From assembly GCA_035290125.1 (NCBI GenBank), contig DATDVI010000069.1, positions 1 through 42,733 on the forward strand: a stretch of 42,733 bases of DNA. Reading direction: 5' to 3'. The notes beneath the pieces are model-generated. The model did no database searches. It saw only the letters and a list, made by a program, of their open reading frames with translations, and was not told the DNA's origin. The DNA is from Candidatus Anderseniibacteriota bacterium. GTDB lineage: Bacteria; Patescibacteriota; Andersenbacteria; UBA10190. This document shows positions 22,768 through 33,189 of the stretch, piece after piece. The translations under genes and the position numbers were made by a program. How positions within the stretch are numbered: position 1 is the stretch's first letter; every line of letters starts with the position of its first letter.

Positions 22768-24037
22768 CTTCAATCTTCTGAAACGGCAAATAGCTGTGCA
22801 GCGCTGGTGGCATCGCAATAGACCCATCGGCCTGCTGATGATTCTCCAGCAACGCGATAAAAATCCGGCTCATGGCCAGCGCGGTGCCATTGAGCATGTG
22901 CACGAAGCGCACGTCGCTCCCTTTTCCAACACGAATGTTGAGGCGCCGCGCCTGATAATCCGTTGTATTGCTGGTCGAGTGGGTCTCAACGTATCGCTGC
23001 TCGCTCGGCAGCCACGTTTCAATGTCGTACGTCTTGGCCGCCGGCGCGCCCAAATCGCCCGCCGCCAGCTTCACCACCCGATACGGCAAGTTCAGTGCTT
23101 GCATCAGTTGTTCCTGCTTGCTCAGTAAAAATTCATGTTCATCAGCTGAATCCTCCGGTCTCGTAAAGCTGAACATTTCGATCTTTTCGAATTGATGTAG
23201 CCGCAGCAGGCCGCGCACCGCCTTGCCGTGGCTCCCCGCCTCCCGGCGAAAGCAGGAGGAGTAGCCAACAAAGCGCCTGGGTTTTTCCAGGTTTGGGTAT
23301 CTTTTCCTAATATGCATTGGTGCCAAATTCGCTGAACCAGAACCTAAAGATTGCTCACTTGTCCCTACGAGATACAAGCCATCTTGTGTCTCGTAAACTT
23401 CATTGCTGTGTTCGCCCAAATAGCCCATGCCCGCCATCGCCGTCTCGCTTACCAAGACCGGCGGGATAACCGGCAGAAAATCGTCCGCGGCTAACACATC
23501 AAAGACCCACGATACTAACCCCATCTGCAGGCGAGCCAAGTCTCCCAGAATGTAAGCAAAACCACTCCCTGAGACACGTGCAGCCTCGGCCAGATTAAAC
23601 AACGTACCCTCGCCCAGGGAGAAGTAATCTTGCACCGAGAAATCGCGCTGGATCAGCTGCTCAGGAACTACTCGCATAACTTCAGCTGCATCTGCTCCTC
23701 CCTCAGGCACATCACCGGCCACTAAATTCGGCAACCTGCGCCACGCGGCCTCACGCGCCGTGGTAACGCTCATAAGCTCTTTCTCGTTCGCTTTAAGCTC
23801 AGCCGCTACTGCTTGCATAGTCTCAATCAGAGCAGCTTTATCGCCCGCCGACGCATTCGCGATCGACTCACTTGCCTGGTTTTGCTTGGCGCGCAGCTCA
23901 TCAACCGCTTGCGTTAAAGCCCGCCAAGTTGCATCGAGCTCAGAGAGCTGCTCAACCACCGAGGCAGCCACACCCCGCCGGGCTAAATTTTGCGACACGC
24001 CGGCCAAATCTCGGCGCACCAAACCGATATCAATCAT
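22757..24037 (-). CDS. serS: Seryl-tRNA synthetase
   Basis: It has the N-terminal coiled-coil arm and class II motifs ('FRREAGS', 'GTALA'). Confidence 0.9.
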   Translation of the reverse strand: MIDIGLVRRDLAGVSQNLARRGVAASVVEQLSELDATWRALTQAVDELRAKQNQASESIANASAGDKAALIETMQAVAAELKANEKELMSVTTAREAAWRRLPNLVAGDVPEGGADAAEVMRVVPEQLIQRDFSVQDYFSLGEGTLFNLAEAARVSGSGFAYILGDLARLQMGLVSWVFDVLAADDFLPVIPPVLVSETAMAGMGYLGEHSNEVYETQDGLYLVGTSEQSLGSGSANLAPMHIRKRYPNLEKPRRFVGYSSCFRREAGSHGKAVRGLLRLHQFEKIEMFSFTRPEDSADEHEFLLSKQEQLMQALNLPYRVVKLAAGDLGAPAAKTYDIETWLPSEQRYVETHSTSNTTDYQARRLNIRVGKGSDVRFVHMLNGTALAMSRIFIALLENHQQADGSIAMPPALHSYLPFQKIEVKK

Positions 24038-25475
24038 GCTCTTTCTTTAAGAGGGGGAACGAAATGGTTTCTCGAATCGAGCCAGCCTCGGTGAGCAGTG
24101 CCACCAGCCGGTCTACCCCCAGCCCCCAGCCAGCCGCCGGCGGCATGCCATATTCCAGCGCGCGCAGGTATGCCTCATCAAGCTTCCCGATCTCTTCGTC
24201 CCCAGCGTCACGTTGCTGTTGCTGCACCATGAATCGCTCCCGCTGCTCAACGGGGTCATTGAGTTCCGTGTAGGCATTCACCAATTCCACGCCCTGAGCT
24301 ACCACCTGAAACTTCTCCGCGATTCGTGCGTCAACCACCTTAGCCTTGGCCAGTGGCGCCAGCGGCAAGGGAAAATCATACACAATCGTTGGCTCGGTAA
24401 GTTGCGGCTTCCATAATTCCTTGTACAGCGCGTCGAGGAGCTTCGGATACGTTCGCACGTGCGGTAGCTCAAGATTGTGCGTGGCAAAAAGGGGAATGTA
24501 CTCTTCAGGCGACTGCTTCTCGGCAACATCGAAGCCCGTCAGCTCGCTCATTTTGTCCACAAAGCGCTCCCGCCGCCACGGCTTCTCCCAGTCATTTTTG
24601 CTGAGTGTCGCCGCCAGGCTCGAGAGCAACTCCTCAGTCATATCCATCAAATCTTCATAGTCAGCATACGCCCAGTACAACTCGCACATCGTGAACTCAG
24701 GGTTGTGTTCGCGATCGATCCCCTCGTTGCGAAAGTTGCGGCCCAGCTCAAAAATTTTCTCAAATCCTCCCACCAACAAGCGCTTCAAGTACAGCTCCGG
24801 TGCAATTCGCAGATACAATTCCATATCCAGGGCTTGGTGGTGCGTCGCAAACGGGCGGGCCAGCGCGCCGCCGGCAATCGGCTGCAAGATCGGCGTCTCC
24901 ACTTCTATAAAGCCGCGGCGTTGCATATCTTCCCGCAGCCACGCCAGTACCCGGCTGCGTGTGCGCAAAATTTCCTTAGCCTTTTCGGTCAGGAGCAAAT
25001 CAACTTCGCGCTGCCGATAGCGCGTTTCCACATCTTTCAGGCCAAACCATGTTTTCGGCAGCGGCCGAATGCTTTTACTCAAGATATGAAACTCGCCCAC
25101 CCGTAGCACGTTTGAGCCACGCTTGCTTTGGGCCGCTTCTCCGCTTGCCTGGATAAAATCACCCGCATCGAGGGCCGCCAGACGCGCGAAAATCTCTTCA
25201 GGCACGTCATCCTGTGTTAGCTGGAGCTGAACCTTTGCCGCAAAATCAGCAATGTCAACAAAGGCAATCGAGCCATGGGTGCGCACACTAACAATGCGGC
25301 CCGTTAACGTCACGGGCACACTATCGGCCTGCAGCGTTTCAAACTGTTCCAGAAATTCTGCGCCCGTGTGCGAACGCCGCGCCTCAGCAGGGTACGGCAC
25401 CTCCCCCCGCTCAAGCATCGCCGCACGCTTACCCAACCGCGCCTGCCGAATTTCCTCTAATCGCTCCTCAGCCAT
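24030..25475 (-). CDS. lysS: Lysyl-tRNA synthetase, class II
   Basis: It has an OB anticodon-binding domain, 'ELGRNFRNEG' and 'GMPPAAGWGLGVDRL'. Confidence 0.9.
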   Translation of the reverse strand: MAEERLEEIRQARLGKRAAMLERGEVPYPAEARRSHTGAEFLEQFETLQADSVPVTLTGRIVSVRTHGSIAFVDIADFAAKVQLQLTQDDVPEEIFARLAALDAGDFIQASGEAAQSKRGSNVLRVGEFHILSKSIRPLPKTWFGLKDVETRYRQREVDLLLTEKAKEILRTRSRVLAWLREDMQRRGFIEVETPILQPIAGGALARPFATHHQALDMELYLRIAPELYLKRLLVGGFEKIFELGRNFRNEGIDREHNPEFTMCELYWAYADYEDLMDMTEELLSSLAATLSKNDWEKPWRRERFVDKMSELTGFDVAEKQSPEEYIPLFATHNLELPHVRTYPKLLDALYKELWKPQLTEPTIVYDFPLPLAPLAKAKVVDARIAEKFQVVAQGVELVNAYTELNDPVEQRERFMVQQQQRDAGDEEIGKLDEAYLRALEYGMPPAAGWGLGVDRLVALLTEAGSIRETISFPLLKKEHD

Positions 25476-25512
25476 ATAGGCCAGTGTAGGCTACTGGCCC
25501 TCGGTCGTACAG

Positions 25513-25968
25513 TTACTTAATCTCAATGACCGTGCACTCTTTGGATCCAGCCGGAGTGGGTACGGTCACCGATTCACCCTTCTTTTTTCCGAGCAGCGCC
25601 TGGCCCACCGGCGACTCATTACTAATTTTTCGCTGGAGCGGATCCGCCTCATTCGAGCCGACGATTTGATACGTAATGTCTTTGCCATTGCACTTCAGCA
25701 CCACCGTGTTGCCCACGCTGATCTCGCTGGTCCCGGCGCGCGTAATCACCTGCGCATGCTTGATCGTCGATTCCAGCGCCGCAATTTGCTCCTCAATTCT
25801 GCGCTGCTCTTCTTTGGCATTCACGTACTCCGCATTCTCCGATAAATCTCCCTGTTCTTTAGCCGTATGAATTGCCTCGGCCACTTCCCGCCGCCGGACG
25901 GTCTTCAGATCCTGCAGTTTTTCCTGCAAACTCAGCAACCCCTCTTGAGTTAAGAATGTTTCTTTCAT
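25513..25968 (-). CDS. greA: Transcription elongation factor GreA
   Basis: 'EGDLSENAEY' is present, the protein is 151 aa, and it has a C-terminal FKBP-like domain. Confidence 0.9.
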   Translation of the reverse strand: MKETFLTQEGLLSLQEKLQDLKTVRRREVAEAIHTAKEQGDLSENAEYVNAKEEQRRIEEQIAALESTIKHAQVITRAGTSEISVGNTVVLKCNGKDITYQIVGSNEADPLQRKISNESPVGQALLGKKKGESVTVPTPAGSKECTVIEIK

Positions 25969-25976
25969 AGGAGGCC

Positions 25977-26005
25977 AGTGTAGGCGCAGCCTCTGAGTGC
26001 GTCAA
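25977..26005 (-). promoter_or_regulatory. greA promoter; the -10 ends 8 nt before the ATG
   Basis: The minus strand has TTGACG, a 17-nt spacer, TACACT, then GGCCTCCT and the ATG. No SD is present on the coding strand. Confidence 0.45.
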
Positions 26006-26049
26006 GATCGTTTGTGCACATTGTGTCACGCCTGCCTGACACACACCCG

Positions 26050-27861
26050 CTACGGGTGCTCGACTAGATACTGCCAAATACCTTCCGCCAGCGGTACGGC
26101 GTCTTTATCGCCCTCCCCACCGCGTTCAAGCAAAACAGTCACCACCAACTCTGGCGTATCGGCAGGCCCAAAGCTGGTGAACCACGCATGGGTATCCTCA
26201 CTACCCCCAATTTGCGCCGTACCTGTCTTACCTGCCACCGGCAGTGGGAGCGTACTCAGGCGCCGACCGCTCCCGCTGATAACTGCCTCGCGCATACCAG
26301 CCCGAACGGCCGCCAAGTGCTCCGGTGCCACCGGCACACGTGTTCTCTCGGGCTCTTGCTCAGAGGCAAACAAGTGTGGCTGCACGAGTGTGCCACCATT
26401 AGCAATAGCAACTGTGGCAGCAGCCACCTGCAACGGCGTGACTAAAATATCACCTTGCCCAATACCTAAATGATACGTATCGCCAATGTACCAGGGTTCC
26501 TGCTTGGTCGCCTCTTTCCATTCTGGACTCGGTAGCAGCCCTGCCGCCTCACTCGGCAAATCAATACCGGTCGGCTGCCCCAAGTTAAATGCACCCAAGT
26601 ACTGGACGAGCCTGCTGGGCCCCAACCCCACTCGTGTTTCATCGCCGCCAGCAAGTAAATAAAAAAACGTGTTAACCGATTCGGCCAAAGCATGGGTGAG
26701 ATTAGTTGCACCATGCCCCCCGGCTTTCCAATCAGGGAAAAACCACTGCCCCACGCGAATGCCTCCCGTCGACAGCCACGTTGTCTGTGGCGTGATCAAT
26801 CCCTCCTCCAACCCCGCCGCCGCAATCAGCGGTTTAATCGTTGAGCCCGGCGGATACATACCGGCCACAGCCCGGTTAAAGAGGGGTTGCAACGGGTCGT
26901 GTAAAATACTCTGTGCCGCGCTCCGCCGCGCCGGCTGAGAAAATGCGTTAGCATCAAACGAAGGGTAACTCACTAGTGCGCGGATCGCCCCGGTCTTAGC
27001 CTCGAGCACAACCGCGCTGCCTGTTACCGGCGCCTTGGTTTTCCCCCCCTCTCCCTGCGCCTGCGCGCGCGCCTGAAAGAGGCCAAAAATGTGCCTCTGC
27101 AGGGCGGCGTCAATAGAGATACGCAGCGCCTCACCGGGAATGGCCGCCGCTTCACCCAGATCCTTGTGCGACTGGCCTGCTGCATCTACCTCGTGGTAGA
27201 AAGCCCCAGGGCGGCCGCGCAGGCGCTGGTCGTAGTGCTTTTCGAGCCCGGCTTTACCCACCACGTCACTGGCCAGTAAGTGCGACGCAGCCTGCACTTC
27301 TTCGTCGGTCGGCAGTCCCGTGTATCCTAGCACCGGCGCCAGTGCTTCGGCATAAGTGTACGAACGCACCGATGAAGAAATCAACCGAACCCCCGGCAGG
27401 GCATTCAGGTTGCTCGCTACGGCAATCGCGTCAGCGTGCTCAAGGGCGCGCTGGAGTAGCATGGGGCGCCCGCTCGCTCGAGCCGCCGCGACCTTGCCCC
27501 GCAAGTCTTCCGGGGAAATATCGATAAGCTGGGGCAAGGTGTCAAAGAGTTGCGCTTCGTGCTCCTCATCTGGCAATACGCGAGGATCCAGCACCACATC
27601 AGTGCTGGCGACATTCTCCAGCAGCTGCTCGCCATGTCGATCGTAGATAATACCGCGCGGTGCGCTCTGCACCACAACTTCCACGCGATTTTCTTCCGCT
27701 TGCACTTGAAAGCGCTCGCCCTGCCATATTTGCAGGTAAAAACTCCGCCCGAGCAGGCTCCCCATCACTGCAACCAGCAGCCACACGAGAAAGCGAAGAT
27801 GCACTCCTCGCGGCCGCGTCTGCGACTCGCGACCAGCTACAACAATAGGATCTTCTACCAC
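26050..27861 (-). CDS. mrdA: Penicillin-binding protein 2 (elongation transpeptidase)
   Basis: It carries 'STIKP' (SxxK), 'SVN' and 'KTGTA', and follows mreBCD. Confidence 0.85.
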   Translation of the reverse strand: MVEDPIVVAGRESQTRPRGVHLRFLVWLLVAVMGSLLGRSFYLQIWQGERFQVQAEENRVEVVVQSAPRGIIYDRHGEQLLENVASTDVVLDPRVLPDEEHEAQLFDTLPQLIDISPEDLRGKVAAARASGRPMLLQRALEHADAIAVASNLNALPGVRLISSSVRSYTYAEALAPVLGYTGLPTDEEVQAASHLLASDVVGKAGLEKHYDQRLRGRPGAFYHEVDAAGQSHKDLGEAAAIPGEALRISIDAALQRHIFGLFQARAQAQGEGGKTKAPVTGSAVVLEAKTGAIRALVSYPSFDANAFSQPARRSAAQSILHDPLQPLFNRAVAGMYPPGSTIKPLIAAAGLEEGLITPQTTWLSTGGIRVGQWFFPDWKAGGHGATNLTHALAESVNTFFYLLAGGDETRVGLGPSRLVQYLGAFNLGQPTGIDLPSEAAGLLPSPEWKEATKQEPWYIGDTYHLGIGQGDILVTPLQVAAATVAIANGGTLVQPHLFASEQEPERTRVPVAPEHLAAVRAGMREAVISGSGRRLSTLPLPVAGKTGTAQIGGSEDTHAWFTSFGPADTPELVVTVLLERGGEGDKDAVPLAEGIWQYLVEHP

Positions 27862-28286
27862 GACCGATTATAGTAAACCAAAATTGACACGATGTACACC
27901 AGAATGACGACCGGCAGAAGTGCACCAGCTTGCGTCCACGGCAGGTGCGACAAATGCGGCACGAAAAGCACCACACATTGGGCCAGAATACTGACCAGAA
28001 CATGTCCGAAAAAAGAACTCGAAAAATCGACCGGATCCTTGCTCCACGCTCGCCGCAGCAGCCAGGGCAGAAACACGGCCAGCGTCATGATGCCGAGCGG
28101 GAGCGTAGAAAAAAGCTCAGCAATGAGCGCAAAAATTGCTAGGTACACCAGTGAAACCTCGATGGTATACGCCAGCAGCGCTGGCAAAACAAAGACAAGA
28201 GGGAAAAGATCAAACAACGTATGCAGCCCCAGCGCCGCAGTGCTTAAGGCTCCCACATACGCCACCTCGTGTCGTGCTGATTCCAT
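27855..28286 (-). CDS. mreD: Rod shape-determining protein MreD-like
   Basis: It is a small polytopic membrane protein positioned between mreC and PBP2. Confidence 0.55.
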   Translation of the reverse strand: MESARHEVAYVGALSTAALGLHTLFDLFPLVFVLPALLAYTIEVSLVYLAIFALIAELFSTLPLGIMTLAVFLPWLLRRAWSKDPVDFSSSFFGHVLVSILAQCVVLFVPHLSHLPWTQAGALLPVVILVYIVSILVYYNRSW

Positions 28287-28288
28287 CG

Positions 28289-29044
28289 TTAGGGTACCAG
28301 CACCACCACCGCCCGCAGCCGCGAGGGATCGTAGGGCAGCGCGAGGCGCGATTGGCGAAACGGCTCGTGCAGCTCATCGCGAATTTCCCCCGTCTCCCCA
28401 ACCAATAAACCGGCCGGGACCACATCGGCCTGACCAGCCGTAACCACCCGCTGCCCGGCTTGCAGCGGCGCATCACGCGGAATGCTCCGGATCTCCACCG
28501 CTGTAAATGTTTTGCCGCTCACAAGTCCCCTATGCAGCTCGTCGTCGTGGATCACATCAGCCGGAAAACTCGTTGCCGGATGAAAGAGCAATTGTAAAAC
28601 CGCTGTTCGCTCGTGCAGCTCAGTAATAAAGCCCACCAAGGTCGAGCCGTGTATCACAACGGGCGCGCCGAGCACCACGCCATCGACTGCGCCACGGTTA
28701 ATGACGTACGCCGCCTGCCAGGGTTCCAGCGGTCGAGCGGCCACCAGCGCGGGTAGGGGCGTAAAGTCTGCCGCGGTTCCGCCTCCCAGCTGCTCTCGCA
28801 GCTGCCGGTAATCGATCAACTCTGCTCGCAGCCGGGCATTTTCCGCCTGGAGAGTGGCCAACTGCTCAGCCACATTATTTTCCACGGTTAGCGGCCCAAC
28901 GCGTGCTACCTCGCCCACGCGCGTCACCCACCACGACCACACCATGCCGCGCGCTCGCGCCAAATACGCTGTTTGGAACACAAGCATTGTGGCCACAATA
29001 ACCACCAAGCAGAAAAGGGCGAGATATTTTCTGCCCCGCATCAC
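28289..29044 (-). CDS. mreC: Rod shape-determining protein MreC
   Basis: It has a TM helix, a coiled coil ('LQAENARLRAEL') and beta-barrel domains ('VVTAGQADVVPAGLLVG'). Confidence 0.8.
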   Translation of the reverse strand: MMRGRKYLALFCLVVIVATMLVFQTAYLARARGMVWSWWVTRVGEVARVGPLTVENNVAEQLATLQAENARLRAELIDYRQLREQLGGGTAADFTPLPALVAARPLEPWQAAYVINRGAVDGVVLGAPVVIHGSTLVGFITELHERTAVLQLLFHPATSFPADVIHDDELHRGLVSGKTFTAVEIRSIPRDAPLQAGQRVVTAGQADVVPAGLLVGETGEIRDELHEPFRQSRLALPYDPSRLRAVVVLVP

Positions 29045-30099
29045 TTCAAGTGAGTATCATGCACGCTCGGGAGGAGAACTTCCTGCAACGCTTCAAGATC
29101 CTCCAGGACAAATCCCGTCCCGCGCACGACGGTTGTTAAGGGGTCATCAGCCAGGTACGTCCGAATTCTGGTCGCCTGGTGAATAACCTGATCCAGCCCA
29201 CGGACCAAGCTGCCGCCGCCGGCCATCATAATGCCTTGCTCGATGATGTCAGAAATGAGTTCAGGCGGAGTTTCCTCAACGACGCTTTTGATCGCCGCCA
29301 CAATAGTCGACAGTGAGCGATGCAATGCTTCGCGCACCTGGCTGTCGCTAATCATCACCTCTTTCGGCAAGCCCGTCACCAGGTCGCGGCCGCGCAGCGG
29401 TGTCTCTAGCGGCTCGGGGAGCTCCGTAGCCGAGCCAATGCGGATTTTAACATCCTCAGCCGTACGCTCCCCGACCACCATGTTAAAATTATCCCGCGCG
29501 TAGTGGATAATATTCTCGCTCATCTCGTCTCCTGCCACTCGCAGGGTGCGGCTCACGACAATGCCGCCCAATGAGATAACAGCAATTTCGGTCGTACCGC
29601 CGCCGATATCAACAACCATATTTCCTGTGGCTTCGTGCACCGGCAAACGCGAGCCAATCGCGGCCGCCATGGCTTCCTCAATCAGAAAAACGCGCCGAGC
29701 GCCTGCCCGCAAACTTGCCTCCTCCACCGCGCGCCGCTCCACCTCCGTCACCGACGAGGGAATGCCAATAACAATGCGGGGGCGCGGCAGCAAATGAAAG
29801 CCCTCCTGGTGCACGCGCTGAATAAAGTAGCGCAGCATTTGCTCCGTGACTTCAAAATCAGAAATCACCCCGTCTTTCAGCGGCCGAATTGCCACAATGT
29901 GGGCCGGTGTGCGGCCAACCATCCGCTGCGCCTCTTTGCCAATCGCCAGCACCGCACCAGTTTTCTTGTTAATAGCCACCACCGAAGGCTCGTTAATCAC
30001 GATGCCGCGCCCACGCACGTACACCAGGGTGTTGGCCGTGCCTAAATCGATGCCAATATCCTGGGAAAAGGTGCCAAAGAAGCGATCAGTGAGTCTCAT
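29041..30099 (-). CDS. mreB: Rod shape-determining actin homolog MreB (copy 1)
   Basis: 'IGIDLGTANTLVY', 'DIGGGTTEIAV' and 'MAGGGSL' are present. Confidence 0.9.
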   Translation of the reverse strand: MRLTDRFFGTFSQDIGIDLGTANTLVYVRGRGIVINEPSVVAINKKTGAVLAIGKEAQRMVGRTPAHIVAIRPLKDGVISDFEVTEQMLRYFIQRVHQEGFHLLPRPRIVIGIPSSVTEVERRAVEEASLRAGARRVFLIEEAMAAAIGSRLPVHEATGNMVVDIGGGTTEIAVISLGGIVVSRTLRVAGDEMSENIIHYARDNFNMVVGERTAEDVKIRIGSATELPEPLETPLRGRDLVTGLPKEVMISDSQVREALHRSLSTIVAAIKSVVEETPPELISDIIEQGIMMAGGGSLVRGLDQVIHQATRIRTYLADDPLTTVVRGTGFVLEDLEALQEVLLPSVHDTHLK

Positions 30100-30105
30100 T
30101 GTCTC

Positions 30106-31536
30106 TTAATATGATTGGGCAAACAGCCACGTTCGTTGCGCCGGCTTGCCGCACCTGAAGCACTGCCCCTCAACTGGAGCCTGCTCAAGCTGTCGCCCAC
30201 GGGTCGAAGCCTTTGTCTCATCTTTGATCGCTTTTTCGCACGCTGCCTCCTCGCACCAATTGCACCGGATAAAACCACGCTGCGTAGCCATGATCTTCTT
30301 AAAATCATCGTACGTATTTGCCTCTCGGGTATTTGCCCCCAGAAAATCGTCTGCCTCTTTATAGAGCTGAGCCTGAATATCTTCGAGTAACGTACTAACG
30401 GTCTCAGCGAGAGCGGCGTACGTAATTTTTTCTTTAACAAAATTGTCACGGCGAACAGCGGTTACCACACCATCCACAACCTCTTTCGGGCCAACTTCCA
30501 GACGCAGTGGGACTCCTTTAAGCTCCCATTTGTTGATAGTGTATCCCAGGCTTTCATTGCCGCGATTCTCAAGTCGTACCCGCAAACCCGCCGCGCGGAG
30601 TAATTCCTTGATTTCTTCTGCATAGGCAATAGTTTCTGCTGCATCCCTGATCGGCACAATAACTACTTGGATCGGCGCAATGCGCGGAGGGAAGCGCAAA
30701 CCATTGTCGTCACCATGTGTCATCAGCAGCGCCCCAATCGAACGGGTAGACAATCCCCAACTGGTTTGCCAGACGTGTTGCGAACTCCCTTGCTGATCCA
30801 GAAACGCGATCTCAAACGCGCGGGAAAAGTTTTGGCCAAGATCATGAGAGGTACTACTCTGCAGCGCCTTACCCTCCGGCATCAGTGTTTCATAGCTTAA
30901 GGTCATATCGGCGCCGGCGAATTTTTCCTGCTCGGATTTAACCAGCACATAACCGGGGATGGCCAAATTTTCCCGGTAAAAACGTTCATACATATCCATC
31001 GCCCAGCTCACTGTGGCGCTGGCCTCTGCGTGAGTAGCGTGTGCCGTGTGCCCTTCCTGCCATAAAAACTCGCTCGTTCGTAAGAATAAATAGGTCCGCT
31101 TTTCCCAGCGCACCACATTATTCCATTGGTTAATCTGCATTGGCAGATCGCGCCAGGATTGAATCCACTTAGCATACGATTGGTACATAATGGTTTCGCT
31201 GGTGGGCCGAATGACCAGTTTTTCTGTCAGTTCCTCGCCTCCTCCAATCGTTACCACTGCTAATTCTGGCGAAAAGCCCTCGACATGCTCCTTTTCTTTA
31301 TGAAGGAGAGACTCGGGAATAAAAAGCGGCCAGTAAGCATTTTCGACACCACGCTTCTTAATTTCCACATCCAGCAGTGCTCGAATCTGTTCCCAGATCG
31401 CAAAACCATAGGGGCGAAAAATCATCGTTCCCTTGGCCGGGCCATAGTCAGCTAGTTCTGCCTCCAGAACGACTTTGTTGTACCACTCCGAAAGGCCAGC
31501 AGATTTTTTAGGGATGGTTTCTTTACTGAAAGCCAT
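30106..31536 (-). CDS. proS: Prolyl-tRNA synthetase, archaeal/eukaryote-like type
   Basis: It has no bacterial INS editing insertion. The C-terminal Cys-rich domain ends in ...SY. Class II motifs are present. Confidence 0.9.
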   Translation of the reverse strand: MAFSKETIPKKSAGLSEWYNKVVLEAELADYGPAKGTMIFRPYGFAIWEQIRALLDVEIKKRGVENAYWPLFIPESLLHKEKEHVEGFSPELAVVTIGGGEELTEKLVIRPTSETIMYQSYAKWIQSWRDLPMQINQWNNVVRWEKRTYLFLRTSEFLWQEGHTAHATHAEASATVSWAMDMYERFYRENLAIPGYVLVKSEQEKFAGADMTLSYETLMPEGKALQSSTSHDLGQNFSRAFEIAFLDQQGSSQHVWQTSWGLSTRSIGALLMTHGDDNGLRFPPRIAPIQVVIVPIRDAAETIAYAEEIKELLRAAGLRVRLENRGNESLGYTINKWELKGVPLRLEVGPKEVVDGVVTAVRRDNFVKEKITYAALAETVSTLLEDIQAQLYKEADDFLGANTREANTYDDFKKIMATQRGFIRCNWCEEAACEKAIKDETKASTRGRQLEQAPVEGQCFRCGKPAQRTWLFAQSY

Positions 31537-31538
31537 AC

Positions 31539-32615
31539 TCAGAAGAATCGCTTCACATCTCGAAACGTAATCACCAGCATGAGCGCAATCAACGCCACAA
31601 AGCCAGCCAGGTGCGCATACTGCTCGATCTTCGCCGGCAGCCGCCGGCGGAAAAGAAGCTCGAAGCCCACGAACAAAATCCGCCCGCCATCCAGTGCCGG
31701 CAGCGGCAAAATGTTAATCAACGCCAGGTTCAAGCTAATCAACGCCGCAAATTCAAGTAAGTAGCTGAGTCCCAGCGTGGTCACTTCATGCGTCAGCACC
31801 GCAATGCCTACCGGTCCCGTAATCGTCTCACCCACCGCCTGCCCGCTCAGCAGCCGGCTCGCCATCAGCCAGAATTGGCTGACGATCGAAACCAGCATTT
31901 CACCAGTGCGCTGCACGCCCCGCCACGGCGCCTGCCACCAAGGCGTGCGCGCCAGCCCCGTCTCCTGCAACCCCACCCCCAGTGCTCCCTCGCCGGCCGG
32001 GGGGTTTTCCCGTGCCGTCACTTCCACCGTTTTCGTCAGACCCTGTCGGCTCACAGTGAGGGTCATGGCTTCTCCTGCGTGCTCGGTTATATATTGTTGC
32101 AGCTCGCGTACCCGGGGGTTCTGGATCGGCCCCACCCGCATCACCCGATCCAAGCTCTGCAAGCCAGCGGTCGCGGCCGGGGAGCCATTGGCCACGCTCA
32201 CGATAAAGGCTTTATGCTCAACCACGCGGGCTTCGTTTTCCTCGGTTACCAGCGTTGGCACCCCAATCCCCACCTGCCAGCTGAGCAAGGCAGCCGCCAA
32301 GACGACATTCATCAGCACCCCCGCCGCCAGAATAAAGATGCGCCAGCCCGCCGACTTGCCGGCAAAGCTGGTGGGGCTCGGCGTCGCCTCGGCCATATCT
32401 TCCCCCTCTATTTTCACGTACCCTCCCAGCGGCAGCAGGTTAAACGAGTAGCGCGTGCCACCGCGGGTAATCGAAAAGAGGCGGGGCGGGAACCCAAATG
32501 CAAATTCTTCGACTCTGCACCCGGCCCGTCGGGCGGCCGCAAAATGCCCCCACTCATGCACCAACACCAGCGCCAGCAAGAGGCCAACAAAGACAACAAT
32601 CGTAAGCACGAGCAT
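31539..32615 (-). CDS. rseP: Site-2 protease (RseP/M50 family) with PDZ
   Basis: 'HEWGHF' (HExxH) and 'NILPLPALDGG' are present. Confidence 0.8.
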   Translation of the reverse strand: MLVLTIVVFVGLLLALVLVHEWGHFAAARRAGCRVEEFAFGFPPRLFSITRGGTRYSFNLLPLGGYVKIEGEDMAEATPSPTSFAGKSAGWRIFILAAGVLMNVVLAAALLSWQVGIGVPTLVTEENEARVVEHKAFIVSVANGSPAATAGLQSLDRVMRVGPIQNPRVRELQQYITEHAGEAMTLTVSRQGLTKTVEVTARENPPAGEGALGVGLQETGLARTPWWQAPWRGVQRTGEMLVSIVSQFWLMASRLLSGQAVGETITGPVGIAVLTHEVTTLGLSYLLEFAALISLNLALINILPLPALDGGRILFVGFELLFRRRLPAKIEQYAHLAGFVALIALMLVITFRDVKRFF

Positions 32616-32624
32616 GGCGCCCTC

Positions 32625-33185
32625 TTAAACAGCCAGGATATCTTTTTCCTTAGCACCAACCAAGGCTTCCACCGCGCCATTAGCTCCGCCAATCAGTTCG
32701 TCGAGCTTTTCTTTCCCCTGATAAAAATCGTCTTCCGTTAATGCTCCCTGCTCTTTTTCCAGTCGGACCTCTTTAAGGGCTTCATCGCGTGCTTGCCGCA
32801 GCCGCACTCGCGCCTCCTCAGCCCGCTTGTGGAGCACTTTCACTGTCTGCGTACGAGCTTCTTCGGTCAGCGAGGGAAAAATCAGGCGAATGAGGATGCC
32901 ATCGACATTGGGCTGAACGCCCAGCTCCGCCTCCGTGATTGCCTTCGCAATCGCCGCCACCGCCCCGCCATCCCACGGAGAAATAGTCAGCGTGCGCGCA
33001 TCGGAGCCGGTAACAGACGCCACGCCCTTGAGAGGCGTGCGACTGCCATAGTACTCCACGGCAATATTCTCAACCAAATTGGGCGTTACCCGGCCGGTGC
33101 GCAAGGTGGCTATTTCCTGCTCAAGCCACGTCATAATTTCCTGGCGCTCTTCCTCAAACCTGCTGTAAGCATTCGCTAGAGCCAT
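32625..33185 (-). CDS. frr: Ribosome recycling factor
   Basis: 'LRTGRVTPNLVENIAVEYYG', 'ISPWD' and 'PSLTEE' are present. Start is ATG 33185. Confidence 0.85.
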   Translation of the reverse strand: MALANAYSRFEEERQEIMTWLEQEIATLRTGRVTPNLVENIAVEYYGSRTPLKGVASVTGSDARTLTISPWDGGAVAAIAKAITEAELGVQPNVDGILIRLIFPSLTEEARTQTVKVLHKRAEEARVRLRQARDEALKEVRLEKEQGALTEDDFYQGKEKLDELIGGANGAVEALVGAKEKDILAV

Positions 33186-33189
33186 ATAC

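Noticed and set aside
31788-32741. Long antisense ORFs. Examples are 31788-32741 (317 aa), 31777-32451, 24477-25106, 17470-18103, 9380-9985, 35228-35803, 37084-37698 and 10255-10809.
   Set aside because: They lie opposite strongly supported conserved genes. Their products are low-complexity and rich in Arg, Pro, Ser and Ala, as is typical of GC-rich antisense frames. They have no SD or promoter context.
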